This document shows positions 1 through 14,994 of a DNA stretch of 64,000 nucleotides, in pieces. The DNA lies in contig NW_027117348.1 in the NCBI RefSeq assembly GCF_038025025.1, forward strand, positions 1,550,001 through 1,614,000, read 5' to 3'. The first letter of the stretch is position 1. The number at the start of each line of letters is the position of its first letter. A program made the translations under genes and the position numbers. The DNA comes from Phyllosticta citribraziliensis (taxonomy: Eukaryota). Below the pieces are notes generated by a model, which did not search any database, had not been told where the DNA came from, and saw nothing but the letters and a program-made list of their open reading frames with translations.

Positions 1-2035
<2,035 letters not shown>

Positions 2036-3126
2036 GGCGGACCTCGTGCAGTCGAATCGAAGCTCTGGCAAGCGTTATAAGGGTCGTTCGAGGTTGTGGA
2101 GTCAGGGAGCCGGCAAGGGCAGGCGCGCGATTGCAATGTCAGCGCGTGGAAGCGCAGGATGGTCGTCAAGGATGGCCGGGGGCTGTGCAGCTTTCGAGGG
2201 CGACGGAAGGGCCAGGCGTCGGCCCGCAGGCTGGCAGGGTGGACAAGAATGCAGGCGTGCTTGGGACGAGGTACGTCTTGAGGTTGCGTGGCCAGGGTCA
2301 GTGGCAGGGCGTTGTGGGAGAGGGAGTGGTGGAGCTGGTCGTCAATTCTATCGAGTGTCGTCGACGAGACTCTGGGCGGCGGCGGCGGCGGCGGCGCGCG
2401 GTTTGGGCAAAGCGGCGGGGCCGACAGGGATCCGTGATCCCTAATCCGATCGAATCCAGAAGACAGACACGGCAACGCGAGGGCGAGAGAGGGCTTGCTT
2501 GACGTTGTGATGTGGACGAGCAGAGTGGACGACTGGGTCGTGTTGTGATGGACTGGACTTGGGGCAATGCAGTCTAGTGCGACAGCAGTTTCATGGCCAT
2601 CACGACGCTGTCGCAGGCAGCGTTTCCGGCGTTTGGCTCCCTCCAAAAACCGTCATCATGAACCGGACGTGAATGATGTAATTCATACAATCTGTACAGC
2701 CACAGCTCGACGCCCTGCCACATTGCTTGATTCTTCCCGTGCATCTCAGCTGCACTGCGCCCGCTGCGTCGACGCCTGAGGCTGCCCTCCCCTTTTCCTC
2801 GCCGTGCCATTCGCCGACTGCACCACCACCACGTCGCTCCGCCGCCAGCTTGCGTGTGGCATCGCATCTCGTTCCTGGAATAGACACGCCCGGCGACGTT
2901 GTCCGCATCCGGATCATCCTTGGCTCCTTCCGCCAAAATGTCAACGGAGCCTCAGTCTCGGCCGAATCAAATCATGTTTGCTGCCTGCCCGCCCGCCAAA
3001 ATCGTGTATTGCTTCGCTGCATCTATGGTCGTCGTCTATACTGAAAGAAGTGCCCACGCTTCTGCCGCCCGCCTCCTCCTATGTACACGCGAAGTTTCGT
3101 GGAAGAAACAAAGCGCTTACTCCAGC

Positions 3127-4962
3127 TTACATAATTGGGCGCATCCCGAACGCCCGCCGCAGCGCCAAATAGTATTCATAAAGCGTCAGCTTGACGTCCA
3201 CCCGCACGTACGACGTCCAAGCGCGCAGAAACTGGAAAATGTTGCCCAGTTTCAGCATGCTGCCTCTAAGCGACTCCATCTGCTCCTCGAAGACGGTGCG
3301 CGAAGCATAACGCGCCAGGATCAAAAACGTTCGCACGGGACCTTGCCGGGTGTGAAGATTCTCGTCCAGTGATCGAGCTGGAAACTGTCAGCGTGTTGTC
3401 GAAATCAGTCTTGGTCTACTCACTGAGGTCGTTGGTCTTCAAAATGAGCAGAATAACGCGGGGCACTTTGCCCAGCAAATCCACCAACTGCTGCAACATG
3501 CCCTCTCCGAGCGCCTCGGAAATGGCCTCCTTTTCTTCCTCATTCCGTGGCTTGTTGAGCCCTTGACGGACTGCTGTATAATCCCTGCCCGTGATGGCAC
3601 TGGCGAATAGCGGAAAGTACTGGTCTGATATCCCGGCAACCTCTTTTGCGTACTTGCGCATGCGCGGCTCGTCGGCGTCCAGTACTGCCAGCCAGAGCTT
3701 GGCATACGATCGTCGCAGCGACAAGGGAATGTCACGGTAGAGCCCGTGGTCATACAGAATGACATCGAAGTTGCCCTTGCCTCGCTTCGATGGGTTGTGC
3801 CGAATCGCCAGGTTGCCGCCGTGGGGATCGCAGTGCAAAGGAGCATCTTTGCCAAAAATCATTTCGTTAAAGATGCGCGCCAACGCGGCCGAGACCTCAT
3901 CGCGGTCGATCCCGTGAGAATCCAGATACTGCAAATCGTCTGGGCGGTGTCCCGTCACGTACTCCATAACCAAGAAGCGACGCTCTGCCCACAACACTTC
4001 CGGTATCACCAGCGGAGCACCCTTGACGTTGGCAAAATATCTCTTGGCGCGCATGGCGTTCTCTGCCTCGCGGCGAAAGTCCAACTCTTGAGGCAGGGAA
4101 ATGTCCATCTCCGAAGCAAGCCAGGTCAGGTCGTATTCTGGAAAGAAGCGCTTGAGCGTGGCGAACGTGAATCGTGTCAGGGCCAAGTCGAGCGGCGCCC
4201 ATTCGTCCAGCGTGGGATGCTGCACCTTGACGGCCACCCTTTGCCCGGTTTCCTTGATCGTTGCCAAATGTACCTGAGCCAACGACGCGGCGCCGATTGG
4301 CATAGACTCGAATTGCGAAAAGTAATCCATGAGCTCTTTCCCTGTATCTTTCTTGACCATGGCCTCGATCGACTCGAATGACGAGATGGGACACTTGTCT
4401 TGGAGCGGAATAAACGTATCGCACCACTCGCTGGGCAGGAGGTAATTCATGCTGCTGAGATGTTGCCCCAGTTTAATGAATATGGATCCATTCTTCTCGA
4501 GTGTGTCTAGTGTTCTCTCCGCGCAGCGCTTGTGACAGGCCTTGAGTAAGTCGGGGTAGCTCGGGTCCTTGTCGTCGTGTTTGAGAGTGACTCGATAGCT
4601 AGAAGCCGTCAGTTGAGAATACACGAGGTGGAAACCTGGACCAACTCGTTGATGCATACGAAGAGAGTGCCGACTACTCTTCCCGTCCGCCGCACAGCAG
4701 TATACGCGTGCTTCGCATCGTCGCTGACCGCCACCGCTGTCGCCAGTCCTCCTAAACTTGCCACCGCAAACACTATCCGCCGCCTTGGCCTGCCGTTTGG
4801 TTTTGCTCTTCTAGCATTTGACTGGGTCGCATAGTTGTGACTTGGCTGCAGAGGTTTCCGGAATAGTTGCTGCTGCGCTTGAACGCTTGGTCTGCATGTC
4901 CACGCCGAAGAGCGTGGGCTCCTACGGAGCAGCAAAGGGAAGGAGAAAGGGCCGGACATCAT
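3127..4962 (-). CDS. MCP2: ABC1/UbiB atypical kinase, ADCK1/Mcp2-like, probably mitochondrial
   Basis: Motifs NGSIFIKLGQHLS, PIGAASLAQVH, VAVKVQHP, LHCDPHGGN, LYDHGLY. Arg/Ser-rich N-terminus in ORF 4609..4962. Introns near 4600-4645 and 3380-3420 join it to the last exon ending ...FGMRPIM* at 3127. Confidence 0.88.
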
Positions 4963-5293
4963 CTGCGCATCTTGTAGAGTTGTGGAACCACCATATGGAC
5001 GTCAGCCACGCAAAGGGGCGTCGGCGGCTCGTAGTCTGCTTCCGGGTTGGTTGAAGGTGTTGTGGAGATGGATATTTTTCGGACATGACAGTAGCCCTAT
5101 CGGCAGGCTGCGCCTAGATTCCGAGGCATGCGCCTCAACACTGTGGCGCAGAACTTTTAACATGGATGTGGATCACAAATAAGGTCGTTGGATTCTGACT
5201 CTCCTACCCAGGCATCGTTGCGCATGTGGTCGCCGCAGCGCGCCGCCAGCGACGCCTGTTTTGCCCCCATCTTTCGCCGCCATCTCGCGCCAA

Positions 5294-5328
5294 ACATCTC
5301 ACATCTCACATCTCACATCTCACATCTC
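5294..5328. repeat. (ACATCTC)x5 heptanucleotide tandem repeat
   Basis: Read directly from the sequence. Confidence 0.9.
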
Positions 5329-5688
5329 GCGATCATCGCGCCGTCGCGCCGCTGCTCTCAGTAACTTTGGGAAGCAACACTGAACTTGCGCCGCACGCCA
5401 CCGCTGTCAAGCGCCCAGCTGGTCGTGCAGGTGAACTTGTTGGGGACGTTTCTATTACCGCCGACAAGCCAGATCCGCCATCAACACGACAAAGCACCAC
5501 ATGCGGAGTCGGGATGGAGGGGTGGATGGAGCTCCATAGTCGGCTCACAGGCTGCCAATTTGGTAGATGTACCCTATCAGCCCTCCCATCCCCGTTTCTC
5601 GCATCCTCATTTCCATCCCGCTCCTCCAATCCTTCTGCCCTGCTACCCCCTCTCCCTCTTGACACTCTATTTCCTTCGCCCCCATACC

Positions 5689-6434
5689 CTACTCAATTGG
5701 TGTAGCATTTCCTTTTGGCGAACACTCATCCTGTGGCTTGTCCCCAACCTGAAAGCCCGCGCGCGCCTTACTACAGACCCTTGGACAGCTACACATAGTC
5801 GTGGCATCATCAAGGTTTCTATAAGAGTTGGGGCGCTCCTTGCCAGCGCCGCAGTGAATGAACGGACTAAACTTCCGGCAGGTTATGATATAGGTGCAGG
5901 CCTTGTCATCGGGAGCCTGTCGAGCGAGTGAGCGAGCGCCAGAACAAGAAAGGATAGGCAGGTAGGATATGAGGGGGCATCGCGAGTGGTGAGTGTTTTG
6001 GGCACACGCACATAGCAAGCACACTTGCCCTTAATCTTCTTAGTCCCGCACTTGCCCGCCAGCACCTTGGACCACGCGCAGGAAATCGACTCGACGTCGT
6101 CCTTGTTCGCATCCTTTGGGGCCATCGCTTTGTATGCCTCTTTGTCCTGGCATGCGCCCTTCCCTTTGTCAGGGACGCCGGCGCACTGTTCGTCGGTGGT
6201 GCACTGCCAACGCGCACATCAGCCTCACTGAGCAAGGGAGCGAAGGAGGGGAGAGGAACAGCGTACGTCCACATTGAGGATGACTTCGGCGGCATGCACT
6301 CCATATGGGGAGCCGGAAGTCTCGCCGTCAACTTTGCGGTGGTCTTCGATCGCCGCTTCGTCTTCCTCGCCCGCGGCGAAGGGCGTGGCGGTTGCAAGGA
6401 CCGCGTAAATCAAGGAGAGAGTGACGAGCTTCAT
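5689..6434 (-). CDS. Secreted cysteine-rich protein, paralog 1 of 3 (195 aa, 14 Cys), effector candidate
   Basis: Exons 6434-6267, 6203-6012, 5916-5689 with phase-0 GT-AG introns. Signal peptide MKLVTLSLIYAVLATA. Mature part CTTDEQCAG...KCACY/APDDKACTYIITC...MCSCPRVC...DECSPKG. Confidence 0.9.
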
Positions 6435-7327
6435 TTTCGCACGGTGCGAAGAGGACACGAGAGTAAATGGATAATAGGCAAGATAGCAAACGACGCTGCC
6501 CACCGAACGGAGGATCCATTGTTTTTCATATACATGCCCAGCGCGCGCGCTCAATTAAACCAGAAGCTCGTTTCTGGATAGACTTGACGGCGATAGAAAG
6601 TAAGAAGAAGTTGAGATTACACGAAAGAGCTTCTTCGTTTAAACCTACCTACATATTGACATGCTTTCAACAGCTGCAGTGTTGACGGTAGGCTGGCACT
6701 TTTTCCTTTCCGCCAGTCAGGCAATTTTGGACGCTGGCAGACGGGGGAAACAGGACAAGCATCGTTCATGAGGCAAAACCCTACCTAGCTACTGATGTAT
6801 TTACTCAGCGTGTAGGCTGAATAAATGGGCCGAGCTTGGTAACTAGTTTTAAACTTCTCTCTCTGAAAGGGGTAGGTTTCGCCGACGACGACAACGAAAA
6901 TAATGAGAATAGGGAGGCCGGTGCGCCGCTCGCTTCCAGTGCAGGTGTCGTTAGTGGTAATTGGCATGGTTCGATTCGGTATCTTACCTACATATGTAGT
7001 TAGGCGCGTGTCTGCGCGCGCTCTCTCCTAGACAATACAACAACAACTACAAAGGTCTTCGTCTTCTTAAAAAACCGACGCCAGAGCTTTGGCCTTTGAG
7101 AGCACATTTTGGCGTCAGCTGAACCGTTGCATCACAACTGGATATCTGTCCCTATTTTCACATTGACCGTCGGATCTGAAGTGTGTCGCTGTCGCAGTCG
7201 TTGCTCTTCCTTGTACGCCCATCCGCCCGCTCGCCATCATCCCACTTCCGTTGGTCGTCCTAACCACACACCGCTACCCCCTAGACCTATCTCTCATCAC
7301 GCCCTCCCCCCTGCCTCACTCCCATCT

Positions 7328-8114
7328 TCATCCCCCCGCCTCATCATCATCGGCAGCCTTTCCCTTCGGCGAACACTCATCCTTCGGCTTCGGTCCCTTT
7401 TGAAAGCCCGCGCGCGCCCTCGCGCACACGCGCGGACAGGCGCATATGGTCGTGCGATCGTCGACATTGCGGTATGCCTTTGGCCGCTCTTTGCCCGGCC
7501 CGCAGTTTTCAGAGGTAATCTTTTTGCATGTGAAGATGTAGGAGCAGGCGGCGTCGTTGGGGGCCTATGTCGACGTGAGCGAGCGCCAAAATATGAAAGG
7601 GCAGGAGGCAGGTAGTGAGGTGGGTACGTAGGTGGGTAGGTAGCTTGGTAGGATGGAGGAGGCCACACGACGCCGGACGCACATAGCAAACGCACTTCTT
7701 CTCCTTCTCCTTCGTCTTCCCCTTCACGACATCGACATCCCCGCACCTCCCCGTCATCACCTTCGCCCACACGCAGGCGGTCGACTCAGCATCAGTTTGC
7801 GGCACGTCCTTCGGCACAATGGCCAGGTACGCGTCTTTATCTTGACACGCGCCCTTCGTCTTCGTCTTCGGGTCGCCGGCGCACTCGAGGTCGGCCGTGC
7901 ACTGATGGCGCCGTCACGTCTGTTGTCAGCCGGGGAGATCAAGGATACGAGGAGCAGAGGAAGAGCATACGTCTGTCTTTAAAACGATCGTGTCGTCGTG
8001 TATGCCGTACTCGGTGCCGCTGTTGTGGCCGCCGTCGCCGGTGGATTCCTGCTCTGCGATCGCGATCACGAAGGCCGCGTAGAAAGAGAGAAGAATGGCG
8101 AGTGTGAGCTTCAT
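7328..8114 (-). CDS. Secreted cysteine-rich protein, paralog 2 of 3 (199 aa, 14 Cys), effector candidate
   Basis: Exons 8114-7971, 7901-7683, 7564-7328, same intron positions as paralog 1. Signal peptide MKLTLAILLSFYAAFVIAIA. Mature part CTADLECAG...KCVCY/APNDAACSYIFTC...ICACPRVC...DECSPKG. Confidence 0.9.
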
Positions 8115-9171
8115 CTTCACGATGGACAAGAGAGTGTGTCATTAATGGGAAAGAAATAAAGCGAACATGAGCGAAGTAAGTACTCGTGCAAGAAGCCGTC
8201 GGACGTCGCTGGATCCATCTCCCTTTTTGTATACATCGCATATGAATACAGTGCGTGCTGACATTACGCACGCAGCTCAGGTCGACAAACTCAACGACAA
8301 ACCTACGCATAGATGCAGCCTTTCTTGTACAAATTACAAACGTAAGCGCGGCCCCAAGAGGAGTATTTATTCCACGTCCTCCCCCACGCGGTCTGTCTTT
8401 CACTCTTTCTTGGTACAAGCAGAAGCCGACACTTGCCTGTCCGAGCCGCTACTAGGTAGGTTGCTGGATCCGGGCGGTGTTTGATGGAGCCGGTCTTTGC
8501 AAGTTGGATCGAGACTCCTGGCTGCGTGGGTAATGGGGCGGAGGTTGAAGGTAGGTATGTATGGAGGTCGCACGTTTCGCGGTCACTTGCGCGGTGAGCG
8601 AGAAGGAAAGAGACAAATAGACACGCCGGCCGAGCAAGAAGATGGTATATACATGTATGTATGCATGAGCCAGACGCAGTGATCGACGACCAGTCAGCCA
8701 TACAAGGTACCTACCTACCGGTACCTTATCGAGCACATTTTCGCCCAATCCGGTAATTTCGCTCGCGGTGGCTAACCTGAAGGGAATGTCGTTCCTGACC
8801 TGAGCGCTACGATACGCGTGTAGGGCGCGTGCGATAGATCAAGCAAGCAGGCAAGCAAGCGAACGAGCATACTTTGCGCGGTAAACCTACGTACGTGCCT
8901 GAATAAGGTACATGTACCTACCAGGTTTCGCGCTGAAAGGGGTAGGCGACCCCGACGACGACGATGCGACGGCTGTGCAAGCGGAGGTAAGGTAGGTACC
9001 TAATGTAGGTTGCTGTTGTATGGATGGGTGCCTGCCTGCTCGCCCGCCCGCCTGTCCCCCCGCTACCATTCTACTTCCACGTCTCACCGCCGCACCGCCA
9101 CCGCCACCGCCACCCCCTTGCCCTTGCTCTCATGTCCCTTCTCTCTTCCTCACGTGCATTTCTACTCCCTC

Positions 9172-9948
9172 TCATCCACCCCTCACCCCTCCGCTTCCTC
9201 CACCCCCCGCCAACGACTGTCCTTTCGGCGAACATTCATCCTGCGGCGGCGGCCCCCCCTTCCAAAACCCCGCCCACGCCCTCTCACAAGTTCTCGGACA
9301 GCTGCAGAGGGACACGCCACTACGGTCGATGACGGAGTTAGGGCGCTCATTGCCAGAGCCGCAGTCAACGCCTGGAGGAAATTTCTCGCAGTGGTAGATG
9401 TAGGTGCATGCGGCGTCGTTGGGCGGCTACAGTGGTGTGAGCAAGCAGCAAGCACGAGAATAGGTGGGTAGGAGAAGGGTGGGAGTAGGATTTGATGGAC
9501 ATACATAACAAGCACACTTCTTCTTGCCCCCCTTTACCCCCACGACGCTGACGCACTCGCCCGTCAGCACCTTGGCGAAGGCGCAGGCGACCGTCTCGGC
9601 GTCGCTCGCCGGCACGTCCTTGGGCGTCACCTCCAGGTACGCCGCTTTGTTCTGGCAGAGGCCCTTTTTGCCGTTACCACCGCCGGCGCAGTCTGCGTTG
9701 GTCATGCACTGTTGTCGCCGTTGTCGTGTCAGTCAGCTAGTCACATAGCAAGAGCAAAGGGTGCAAGGAGGGAGAGAGAGATAGAGAGAGCTTACGTCCG
9801 GCTTGAGAAGAATATCAGGGCCTCGAGCTCCGTACACGACACCGCGCTCGTCTTCAGGCGCGGCCGCCGCGACGTCTCCTCCACCCGCAGCAGACGGCGT
9901 GCCGGCCGCAAGGACAGCGTAAACCAAGAAAAGAGTGGCAACCTTCAT
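9172..9948 (-). CDS. Secreted cysteine-rich protein, paralog 3 of 3 (203 aa, 14 Cys), effector candidate
   Basis: Exons 9948-9796 (alternative ATG at 9954), 9708-9505, 9426-9172. Signal peptide MKVATLFLVYAVLAAG. Mature part CMTNADCAG...KCACY/PPNDAACTYIYHC...LCSCPRTC...DECSPKG, then a Gly-rich tail. Confidence 0.9.
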
Positions 9949-10195
9949 CTTCATCTTGATGAAAGAACGGGACAAGAGAGAGTAGAGTGGCTACGAGCGA
10001 AAAGCGAATGTGTACCACCACGCGTGATGCCCCTGTACGGATGGATCCATCCCTCTTGTATGCATGTATATATGCACCGCGCACAAGCGCGAGCGCGCGC
10101 TTAATCAAAGCGTAAAACCTGAGATTTATCGGATAGACTCACTCACTCGACAGCAGTGGTAGAAAGCTACATGTCATGGACGCAATTGTAGTGGC

Positions 10196-10630
10196 AGCAG
10201 TGGTGGCACGCAGAGCGGAGACTCTTACCGACTTGGTGGCCAAGGCGGCAGGTCTGTCCATGCCTTTGTGCATTTGGTCCCTCCCCGCTCGTCTGAGGAG
10301 GCGCAGGTTGAAATAAGAGTGGAGGTACAGTCTTTGTTCCTCGTGTTGCTCCATACAATAATGATAGTGGAGCTTCTTGATACACGCAAGAGAAGCAGTG
10401 GCACGCGGAGCGGAGCCTCTTACCGGCCTTGTCAAGACTTGAGGCAGAGGCCGCAAGGCTTCTACTTCTACCCCCGGCTTCACTCTGCAGGTCTGTCTTT
10501 TCGGATACGGTATCAGGCGCAGGTCGGAAATGCAGGTACAGTCTTTGTTCCTTGTGCGCCACACCATGCCGATTGACCTTGCGCGGAGACACTTGCCGAC
10601 ATGGTCAAGGAGGCCGTCAGGCTTCTGCTC
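10196..10630. repeat. Degenerate ~200-bp direct duplication
   Basis: 10203-10230 and 10398-10425 match at 26 of 28 nt. AGGTACAGTCTTTGTTCCT is exact at 10323-10341 and 10534-10552. Confidence 0.8.
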
Positions 10631-11252
10631 CCCAGTTTTTCTCTGTGGCATCCAGTAGTCAGTAATCCAGTAGCCACGAAGAACCAAGTCCAGTTCGCAT
10701 CACCACACACCAATTCACGATTGCATCTCTTCGCTGTGGCAGAATCTGGCATTCTGGCTGGGTAGACTACCACCCCACCACCCCGTACCTCCTCACATCC
10801 GAATCCTACTCGAACTCTCATCCTACCCAGAACAGGGACCCCACTCTACCCTACCCATCATCACCATCATCATCATCATCAACATACGGCTCAACTCGTG
10901 CCCAACAGTCTGTGAGATGGCGCATGTGGCTGGCGTGCGCGGGACGAGGCGCTCAAGCGACCATTTCAAACCCTCGGTCCTCCTTCTCCTCCTCCTCCAC
11001 CTCCTCCAAAACCCACCTCTGTTAGATAGTGCCAGGCGAACGCAGCTTTCTGCTCAAGCTCCTTGCTGGTTCCGAGAGTCGCACTGGGCAGCCTGTTTCG
11101 GCAACATCCGGCGCGGGAGAATGGAATCCAATCAACTGGAGCAAGCAGAGGTCAAATGCCCAATCAGTCTGTCAAGACGGGCAAGAAGCCGGTCCTCAAG
11201 CACATCGGGCGAGCAGCTACCGCAACTGGGAACCACGGCCGACGCGGAAGCG

Positions 11253-14200
11253 TCACTCAACCTTTTCCCCGCCCTCGGCGACGTGCTGGCCGGGCCCAGC
11301 CGGGGGAGGCATTTGCGGGGGCATGGAATGGGCGGGCATCATGGGCTGGCTGTAGCTTCCGCTGGGCGTGCCTCGGTGCTGCTGGGGAAAATGGTGGTGT
11401 TGATGAGGGCTGGAGCCGTAGTGAGCTTGGTGCGGCTGCGGGTAGGGACCTCTCATTGGCGTCACTGAAAAGCTGGTCAGTAGCAAACTTTTGGTTGCTG
11501 CGTGTTGTTCTCTCACTTGATCCCTGAGGTGCTTGATGGTACACTGGATATGCGCCATTCGGCATGGGCATAAACTGCTGGGGGGGGTGGCCCTGCTGCG
11601 AGCCCTGGTGGCTCATCATTTGCGCGACGGGAGGACGTGGGCTAGGGAATCCGTTCGCGCCCATGGCCGGACCTGGCATTGGTCCGCCGTGATGGGGAAA
11701 GGCTTGGCCAGGCGCTGGCGAGTACACCATTCCTGGCATCTGTGGCATAGGCTGCATGCCTGGGTTTCCGTAGATGACGGGGCCGCCGTTGGATGGCTGA
11801 TTGACCATCATTTGACCGCCCATGGCTGGGCTTTGTGCGACGAAGCCGGGCTGACGAATTGGCACGGCTTGCACGTTGGGGCCCATGCCAAAGGCCGGCA
11901 TGCCCTGTGAGAATTGAGGCATATGTTGAGGGACTTGGTTATACGCGACAAAAGGCGGCATTCCCGCTCGTGGAGAAGGATGCACGCCCGAGTTGGACGC
12001 GGAAAACTGCATGTGGTGACCGTCAAAATGCGGTCCGTTGGGGCCGTGGTGAGGTTGGACAGGAGGATGACGCGGCGTGTGTTGGGGAGTGTGGACTGGA
12101 CCCATGCCGTGTCCACCTTGTTGCAGGTGAGGAGGAAGTTGGTGTTGGTGTGGGATGGGTCCGTTGTTGATGGCTTGCGGGGCAGACATTGGTTGCACGG
12201 TGATGGGCGCGCGCTCAAACATGTCGGCATAGCTCTTTTCGACATTCTTCTCCGGGACGTCCCAGATAGGGGGAGTGCGGTACGCCTGAGGGATGCCGCC
12301 GTTGAAGTTGTACTCCTTTATCTTGTTCTCAGTTTGGGCCTCCTTCTTGAGGCGCTTAATGGGGTTGAACATGTCGGTAAGCGAAGGACGCTCGGACGGC
12401 GGAGCTGGCTTTTGGTTTCCAAAGAAGCTCGAAGTGGGCGCCCGACGAGGCTCAGGGCGAGCCGGTACAGACTCTTTCTTGGGGCTTGACGAGTTGCTCG
12501 TGTTTCCGCCAGGAGTAAAAGTGTTCGCGGCCGGATTGGGGCGGAATTCCATAGCCTTGACGTTGAAACGAGTCGAAATGCTCGAGGTGGGTGTATGGGA
12601 ACCACTCGAGGGCGCCGTGGGCCCACTTGGTGGAACTCTCATGTCGCTGATGGGGACTGCGTGAGGCACATTCGGAATTCCCATGCCAGATCGATGCTGC
12701 TGCTGGGTAATGGCCAGGCGCTGGCTGAGATGGCCGGGTCCGTTCCGGAAGGGCATGCCGCCGTTGTTTTGAAAGTTTCTGTCACCCCGTGGTGCTTGGG
12801 GAAAGGCGCCTGGAGCAGGTCTGCCACGTTGGCCCAGTCGGTCGACTTGGGAAGCCGCTGGGGCTCCAGGAGCTTTAGGCTGCGTCTTGACGTCGGCAAC
12901 AGGCGCAGCGGGCTTGCGTTCCGGAGTTGGAGCCGTCTTGCGCTCTTCTGAGGCCTTTTGCGACTTTTGCTTAATCTCTTGCTGTTTGCTGGGGTCCTTG
13001 GCCAGGATGGGAATCAAGTCTTCTGGAATTGGCGCGCTGTAGTTGAAGTTTGCAGCAAACTTTTTGAGATCGTTCAGCTTGACATTCTTGTCATGCCGAG
13101 CCGCATGGCGCTGTCTCTCTTGTAGTCTCATCTTCTCGTTGGCCGAGAATTGCTTGAAAGCATCCACTAGGTCATGCTCGACCGTATTTCCGGTTCTGCC
13201 GGGCCTCTTTCCTGCCGCCATATCAGATGTGGTTTGTTGAAGCGAGGGAGTCTTTCGTGTTGATTCGGCATGAATCGTTGAGATATCACCAGGCCTGCTG
13301 GTTGAGGTAGTGGCAACGGGAGCCGCGGTCGGCTTGCTTTCCTCGTTGGACGCAGTCTGCTGAGCATTGGACTCGCTGGCAGGAGTTGGAGAGGGGTTTG
13401 CCGCGGGAGAAATGGGGCGGGCGAGGGACGAAGAGATGATGGCTGGATCGACAGGAGCACCAGGCACAGTGGCTTGGCCTGTTGGGGCTCTTCTGGCTGG
13501 CGGCGTGTATTTGTTGGGTTGGCCAGAGGACAACTGATGAATGTCTCGGCGAACACCGCTGTACTTGTCCTCTTCGTTCAGACCGCTGTCATCAGGCGCA
13601 ACGGCGCCACGCTCCTCGGCAACGTGAGAATTCATGGCCACGCCTGCCTCAATCTCTCTGGCAAGCTTCTCGGCTTGCGCAGCCTTTTGCCTGTACGTCG
13701 GGTCGTCCCGGTTGATCTTTGTGGTGTAGAGCTCTTCGTCATAGCTGCTGGTTGCGCCAAAGAGACGCTCATTTGCCTCGAATTGGTCCCATCCCGTGCC
13801 ACTATCTTCGAGAGACAAATCGACGTCCGTTTCGGCGGATGGAACCCACGGTTGAAGGTCGCGTTCGCGCATTTGAAGATTGCCCGAAATGTCGGCATCG
13901 GTCCTGAATCCAGCAGAAGCGCCTAAGAAGCTGTCAGCATTTGACGCTTCAGTGGCTCCTCCACCAGACTCACCATTTCGGGGCTTTGCTTGTGCCTTGT
14001 CCGTCGAAACGCCTTCGGCATTCAAGAGGACGACATCCTTGACATCAAAGGCCATTTTGTGCTCCGGACCGGCTCCACAGTATTCGGAGTGCGACTCGGC
14101 CGCGCCGTTGGTCTGGCCGCTCGAGGCAGGCAGTTTCTTGGTCATCTTGAGGACATATCGGGACTCTTGCTGATCCAACGAAGGAGCGGAAAAGATGCCA

Positions 14201-14994
14201 GTAAATCGCTCGCCATTCTTTAACGTGACCTTGGCCTCGTGGCCCTGCGGTTGTCCGTCAGCGTGTGCTACCTGCGTTGTCATGGCGCGCAAAGAGTCCT
14301 CCATATCATTCCACACTCAGCACACCGGACACTCACAATGAAGTTGCTCAGCAGATAAACCATGCGGTCGTGCGCATGTTGGTTGTTGTCCGATTGGGAG
14401 GACTCCTTGGACGTGGTCATGGCTTTTGCGCCAGCAGGACCTTTTGCGGCGCCGACGGCACCGTTGGGCAATGTGGAGTTGGAGGATCTTTGGGTAATGG
14501 GATTTGTGCCTGAGGTCCAGGCCTTGGGTGCGGGAGCTTTTCTGCAAAGGCCAGGTGGTTAGCTCAGTGGGTTTGCGACGGGGACGGATGACGCGAGATG
14601 CGGACGAGGGAAAAGGGACATGGCGGTGACCAGGTGCGCGATGATAACAAAAGGAGAGTGAGGCGTTGGTGGAAGCGGAGCATAGCCAATCGCCATTTTT
14701 GATGCGTGTAACGGCCAGTTTGGGCGAAGTGGAGATTCGAGTCGAACCACAAGCGCGGCGGGGACTCGGGGGAGGGTCTCGAGGTGACATTGTGGCACGA
14801 CGAGTCGGCGGGTGGAAGGGTGCTGCAGCAACGCAAATTGGGTCTTACCTCTGCGAAGCGTCAATGGGACTGGGCGACTGCTTGCGCGTGCCGTCCATGG
14901 CCTTGGCAGTGGTTGTTGTCTTTAGGTGAGCTTTGTGCGGGCCGGAGGGGAGCGAGGGCGAAGTCTTGCCATTCGCGGCGTTCAGCGACGCCAT
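11253..14994 (-). CDS. PBP1: Ataxin-2 / PAB1-binding protein (LSm and LsmAD domains, Q/P/H-rich low-complexity C-terminus)
   Basis: ATG at 14994 (MASLNAANGK), intron 14848..14542, then KAWTSGTNPITQR and HDRMVYLLSNFI. LSm region VTLKNGERFTGIF. LsmAD region GFRTDADISG, WDQFEANERLFGATSSYDEELYTT, EEDKYSGV. PAM2-like RFNVKAMEFRP. Last exon ends ...GGEKVE* at 11253. Confidence 0.93.
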
